Shown here: piece by piece, positions 36,933 to 40,679 of the stretch
How the letters are laid out: every line of letters begins with the position of its first letter
Numbering within the stretch: position 1 is the stretch's first letter
Origin: Bdellovibrionota bacterium
GTDB lineage: Bacteria > Bdellovibrionota_C > UBA2361
DNA: 40,679 bases
Direction: 5' to 3'
Assembly (NCBI GenBank): GCA_044352465.1
Contig: JBILDU010000013.1
Location: 1-40,679 of the forward strand
The notes under the pieces: generated by a model
Seen by the model: only the letters and a program-made list of their open reading frames with translations
What the model was told of the DNA's origin: nothing
Databases searched by the model: none
Program-made: the position numbers and the translations under genes

Positions 36933-38006
36933 GTGTCGAAGTCATCATCCAAACCTACGCAATCTCCTCGTCCGAAACCGGGCGAGCTCAACAGCAAGAA
37001 GGCTATGGGGCGCGATCTCTCAAACACTGAAAAAGCTGCGGTAACCCTCCTTACGATGGGAAAAGACCTCGCAGCGCAGGTTCTGCAACACCTGACGGAA
37101 CCGGAGGTCAAACGTATCAGCCGCGCCTTTATGGCGGTGTCGGAGGTCGATCGCGAAACTCAATTCGCGATCACCCGCGAATTCCGCAACATGATGAAAG
37201 CGGGCGAGACCCTGCTCGTTGACGGGCGCGAATTTGCTAAAGACGTTATCGCCGGAGCGTTCGGCGACAAGGCAGGACCCGGACTCCTCGAGTACATCAC
37301 CGGTGCACGCAAAGAGCCGATCAGCGCCATCATCGCCGACGTCCCCGAAAAGATCCTCAACGGCTTTATCTCGGCGGAGCACCCCCAGACGGTCGCATTT
37401 CTCATGACGAAGATGAATCCGGACCAAGCGGCCACGGTGCTTCAGAAGATGACCGAAGAGACCCAGACCGACATTCTCGTGCGCATCGCCCATCTCAACA
37501 ACGTTAAAAACGATGTCGTTGACGAAGTTCGTGAAGTGCTCCGCTCTCAACTCAAAGGCAGCGGGCTTGGGGAAGAGGAGGAGATCGGTGGGCCGAAATC
37601 CGCTGCCGACATCCTCAACTTCGTCGATCGAACGAACGAGGAGCGCATCATTACTGAGATCGAGGAGATGTACCCCGATCTGGCCGAGCAGATCCGTAAC
37701 CTTATGTTCACTTTCGAGGACGTCAAGAAGATCGACGACCGCGGAATCCAGGCAGTTCTCAAAGAGGTTCCGCGCGACCAACTGGTATTGGCCCTCAAGA
37801 CGGCCAGCCCCGAGTTGCAGGATCTGCTGTTCCGCAACGTGTCGCAACGCGCTGCAGCGATGATCAAGGAAGATCTCTCGGCGATGGGACCGGTGAAGGT
37901 CAAAGACGTCGAGAAAGCCCAACAGGGTATCGTCGACATCGTTCGCCGCCTCGAAGCAGAGGGCAAGATCGCGGTTGGTGGCGGTGCCGAAGAGGCGTTC
38001 GTCTAG
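36933..38006 (+). CDS. fliG: Flagellar motor switch protein FliG
   Basis: EKAAVTLL, EHPQTVA, GGPKSAADILN, MFTFED, VSQRAA, VEKAQ. Confidence 0.96.
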   Translation: MSKSSSKPTQSPRPKPGELNSKKAMGRDLSNTEKAAVTLLTMGKDLAAQVLQHLTEPEVKRISRAFMAVSEVDRETQFAITREFRNMMKAGETLLVDGREFAKDVIAGAFGDKAGPGLLEYITGARKEPISAIIADVPEKILNGFISAEHPQTVAFLMTKMNPDQAATVLQKMTEETQTDILVRIAHLNNVKNDVVDEVREVLRSQLKGSGLGEEEEIGGPKSAADILNFVDRTNEERIITEIEEMYPDLAEQIRNLMFTFEDVKKIDDRGIQAVLKEVPRDQLVLALKTASPELQDLLFRNVSQRAAAMIKEDLSAMGPVKVKDVEKAQQGIVDIVRRLEAEGKIAVGGGAEEAFV

Positions 38007-38106
38007 CCTGGATTGCCCATACTCTCAGGGGCAATGCGGGGCAGTGCTCCGACCTGAAATTTTTTTACCTCAGAGCACCTCTGGTCCTCACACGACAGCT
38101 CTGCGC

Positions 38107-39648
38107 TCACAGTTCCTCTATCCGCTCAAGCACCTCAGCCGCTTTTGCAGCTATCGCCGCGCGATCCTGCGGCTTCATCTTATCGATCTGCCGATACCCC
38201 ATCCCGATACGGGGGTTCGATTCAAGTTTCTCCCGATGCCGAAGGAGAAAATCCCAGTAGAGCGAATTGAACGGACAGCCCCGTTCGCCGAACTTCTCCT
38301 TGACTGAGTAGAAGCACGTTGAACAATAATTCGACATTTTATTGATATATTGCCCACTCGACGTATACGGCTTCGTCCCCACGATCCCGCCATCAGCGAA
38401 CTGACTCATGCCACGAGTGTTCGGCAACTGGACCCATTCGAGTGCGTCGACATAGATACCGAGATACCACTGATCGACCTCATTCGGGTCGATACCCGTC
38501 AGGGTACAGAAGTTGCCCGTAACCATGAGCCGCTGGATATGATGCGCATATCCATCCTCGAGCGATTGCTTTACCGCGTGACGCACGCAGTTCATCTTCG
38601 TCTCTCCGCTCCAAAAATATCCGGGCAGAGATCGATGGGCGCCGAGGAAATTGAGCGCGCGATACTCGGGCATCCGGGCCCAATAGATGCCTCGCATAAA
38701 CTCACGCCATCCGACGATCTGACGCACGAACCCCTCGATCTGCTCGATCGCGATACGCCCCCGCGAACGTTGCCACACCTCGATCGCCCGGTGAACTACC
38801 TCAAGGGGGGAGATAAGTTTAAGGTTAAGTGCGAATGAGAGTCGGGAGTGAAAGAGAAAGCGATGGTCCGTATGCATCGCATCCTGATACGAACCGAACT
38901 CAGGGAGTAACACACGACAGAAATACTCGAGTGCTTCGAGTCCCTCTGCCCGCGAGAGGGGCCACGTCAATCGCTGGGGATCGAGCGTTCCAAGGTACGG
39001 GATCTTCATCCGTTCAATCATCGCTACGAGAGCGCTCACGTCACGGGGGAAGTCCCGCGCGGGTGGTGGAACAACATCTGGAGGAAGTTTTTTCCGATTC
39101 TCGGCGTCAAAGTTCCACTTTCCTCCCATCGGCTTGCCGTCTTCCATGAGAAGACCGTAGCGGCGGCGCACCTCACGATAGAAGTTCTCCATCGTGTAAC
39201 GTTTGTGTCCCGCAAAAACCTTAGCGAAAAAATCCGGCTCAACGAGGAAATGCTCGGTGCTCACCACGTTGACAGGAATAGAGAGCTCCCTCGTGAAAAT
39301 TGCCAGGGCCTCTTGAACGCGGAACTCGTCGGGCGCCTGATACTCAAAAGCCTCGTATGCCCCGCTCTTGAGGAGAGCCGCAACATTCGCTGTCAGTGAG
39401 TGTTCATTACGCCGGTCGTCGAGCTGGAAATAGGTTACCTTAAAGCCCCGGCGCTCTAGCTCTTCAGCAAACAGCCGCATCGCCACGAAGAAGCCTACGA
39501 TCTTTTGGATGTGGTGCTGGACGTACGTCGCTTCTTCCCGCACCTCCATGAGGATGTACTCAGCGTCGTCGGGGGCCCCTTGAAACCACGAATGATTGAT
39601 ATTGAGCTGATCCCCGAGTATCAGCCGCAATATCCGCTTCTTCTTCAT
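38107..39648 (-). CDS. FeS-BCP photolyase/cryptochrome (PhrB/CryB-like, prokaryotic 6-4 photolyase class)
   Basis: [45 protein letters not shown]; four Cys (MNC, YCSTC, GCPF) for a 4Fe-4S cluster; ATG 39648. Confidence 0.92.
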   Translation of the reverse strand: MKKKRILRLILGDQLNINHSWFQGAPDDAEYILMEVREEATYVQHHIQKIVGFFVAMRLFAEELERRGFKVTYFQLDDRRNEHSLTANVAALLKSGAYEAFEYQAPDEFRVQEALAIFTRELSIPVNVVSTEHFLVEPDFFAKVFAGHKRYTMENFYREVRRRYGLLMEDGKPMGGKWNFDAENRKKLPPDVVPPPARDFPRDVSALVAMIERMKIPYLGTLDPQRLTWPLSRAEGLEALEYFCRVLLPEFGSYQDAMHTDHRFLFHSRLSFALNLKLISPLEVVHRAIEVWQRSRGRIAIEQIEGFVRQIVGWREFMRGIYWARMPEYRALNFLGAHRSLPGYFWSGETKMNCVRHAVKQSLEDGYAHHIQRLMVTGNFCTLTGIDPNEVDQWYLGIYVDALEWVQLPNTRGMSQFADGGIVGTKPYTSSGQYINKMSNYCSTCFYSVKEKFGERGCPFNSLYWDFLLRHREKLESNPRIGMGYRQIDKMKPQDRAAIAAKAAEVLERIEEL

Positions 39649-40144
39649 GTTCGCTCCCCGCTTTGACCCTTGTGCCGCCGACATCGCTCACTACAATAGC
39701 GCACCTGTTCCCAGGTCCGTCGCCATCTCTTTCGCCACGAGAAGAGACGTCCACATGCAGCGCAGATTTTCGTTGGTAGCCGCTCCTTAAACCCTTTCAC
39801 GCTTTTCTCTCCTCGACGCACCTCGCTCGAAACCGTGTGCTCACCTTATAATCGGTGCACTCGGGCCGGAAGCCCTCTCCGAACTTGGCACGCGGCATCA
39901 GCGCCGGCGAGCGTGGGCTCAATTTGACAAAGCGATTGAGCGCCAGCGGAACGGGAACCGTTTATGGAAATCGCGGCGGGCGTCGGGTAACATAGCGGAA
40001 TACCACTCTTTTAGCGCCCGTCGGCTCCGTGCGCCTCCAGCCCAAAGGAGTGTGAGGGGCTCTGAGTCGAGTAGCGATCGCCGCCGTGATACTCTTTTCG
40101 GCGGAAAACCGCTTTTGGCGGAATCCCGGCGATAGGAGTCTCGC

Positions 40145-40679
40145 ATGCCTTCTCCCCATAATCCGCACGAGTCAAACGGCGATCAGTTTGAGCCGGGGCA
40201 CGATCGTTCCCACTCGCTCGACCCCGCGGCTGGTGCGCGAGCTCGTCTACCGGAACCAACGATACTCCTCAAAGAGCAATTTGCTGCCTTCGCGGCGGCG
40301 CACGGACTAACACTCCTCGGCCCCTCAGAGACTGCAGCGGCATGGCGCCCTATCGAACGGAAAGTCGGCGAGATTATCTTTGGTGAAGAGCATCCGGAGA
40401 TGACTCGAGGCATGCAACTTCTCGCTTTGGATGGCGCGACCTCTACCGCGGGTGAGCGGGTGATACTCCTCGCCGTGCGCGACCAAGACAGTGGTCGCTT
40501 TTTTCTTCCCCTCCCGGTGTCGCCCAGTCAGCGAGACGATGCTGCGAATCCCGGAATGTTTCGATGGGCCCACTACCAACATCACGGAGCAGCGCTTATC
40601 GCAATGTTCCCACCCCCCAACCCGGAGGGCGAGATCTTACAGGGTGGTTTTGACTACGTTCTCTCCCCCCCAGCGCTCC
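40145..40679 (+). CDS. Hypothetical protein, 3'-partial
   Basis: Absent from the ORF track. AGGAG RBS, ATG 40145, frame open to the window end (MPSPHNPHES...GGFDYVLSPPAL). Confidence 0.65.
   Translation, partial: MPSPHNPHESNGDQFEPGHDRSHSLDPAAGARARLPEPTILLKEQFAAFAAAHGLTLLGPSETAAAWRPIERKVGEIIFGEEHPEMTRGMQLLALDGATSTAGERVILLAVRDQDSGRFFLPLPVSPSQRDDAANPGMFRWAHYQHHGAALIAMFPPPNPEGEILQGGFDYVLSPPAL

Noticed and set aside
39945..40000. Cobalamin riboswitch-like GGGAA...AAATC
   Set aside because: No GCCACTG or B12-box core

Overview
GC-rich bacterial chromosomal segment with about 40 genes. Gene content suggests a Bdellovibrionota/'deltaproteobacteria'-like organism (inference only). I found no rRNA, tRNA, CRISPR, transposase or phage genes. 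1-8.7 kb: general-stress and signalling cluster (six-hairpin glycosidase-like gene, KGG protein, tandem Lrp/AsnC-like regulator, DUF1328, REC-Crp/Fnr fusion, HisKA_2 kinase, degenerate kinase-REC-Hpt, Hsp20, CheY-like). 8.7-17.1 kb: two copies of an SH3-protein + M48 lipoprotein-peptidase pair; one copy heads an operon with a CHASE2 adenylate cyclase and an HD-GAF-histidine kinase, and its SH3 gene carries an in-frame TAG. 17.4-23.7 kb: ABC exporter, REC-HisKA, Bcp, a stand-alone RRM-ribosomal protein bS18 fusion, a long intergenic region, a 22-bp VNTR and an enoyl-CoA hydratase. 23.8-27.5 kb: two tandem atypical sigma-70 paralogs with long C-terminal extensions. 27.7-40.7 kb: Hda-like, MurA with Cys-to-Asp at the catalytic position, HDOD protein, HEAT lipoprotein, TrmO, methyltransferase, CYTH, MurU-like/RapZ-C/AmgK-like recycling operon, orphan fliG, FeS-type photolyase/cryptochrome and a partial ORF. 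Best novelty candidates: the RRM-bS18 fusion, the SH3/M48/CHASE2-cyclase/HD-GAF-kinase module, and the extended sigma pair. All family calls are from motif recognition by eye; no searches were run.
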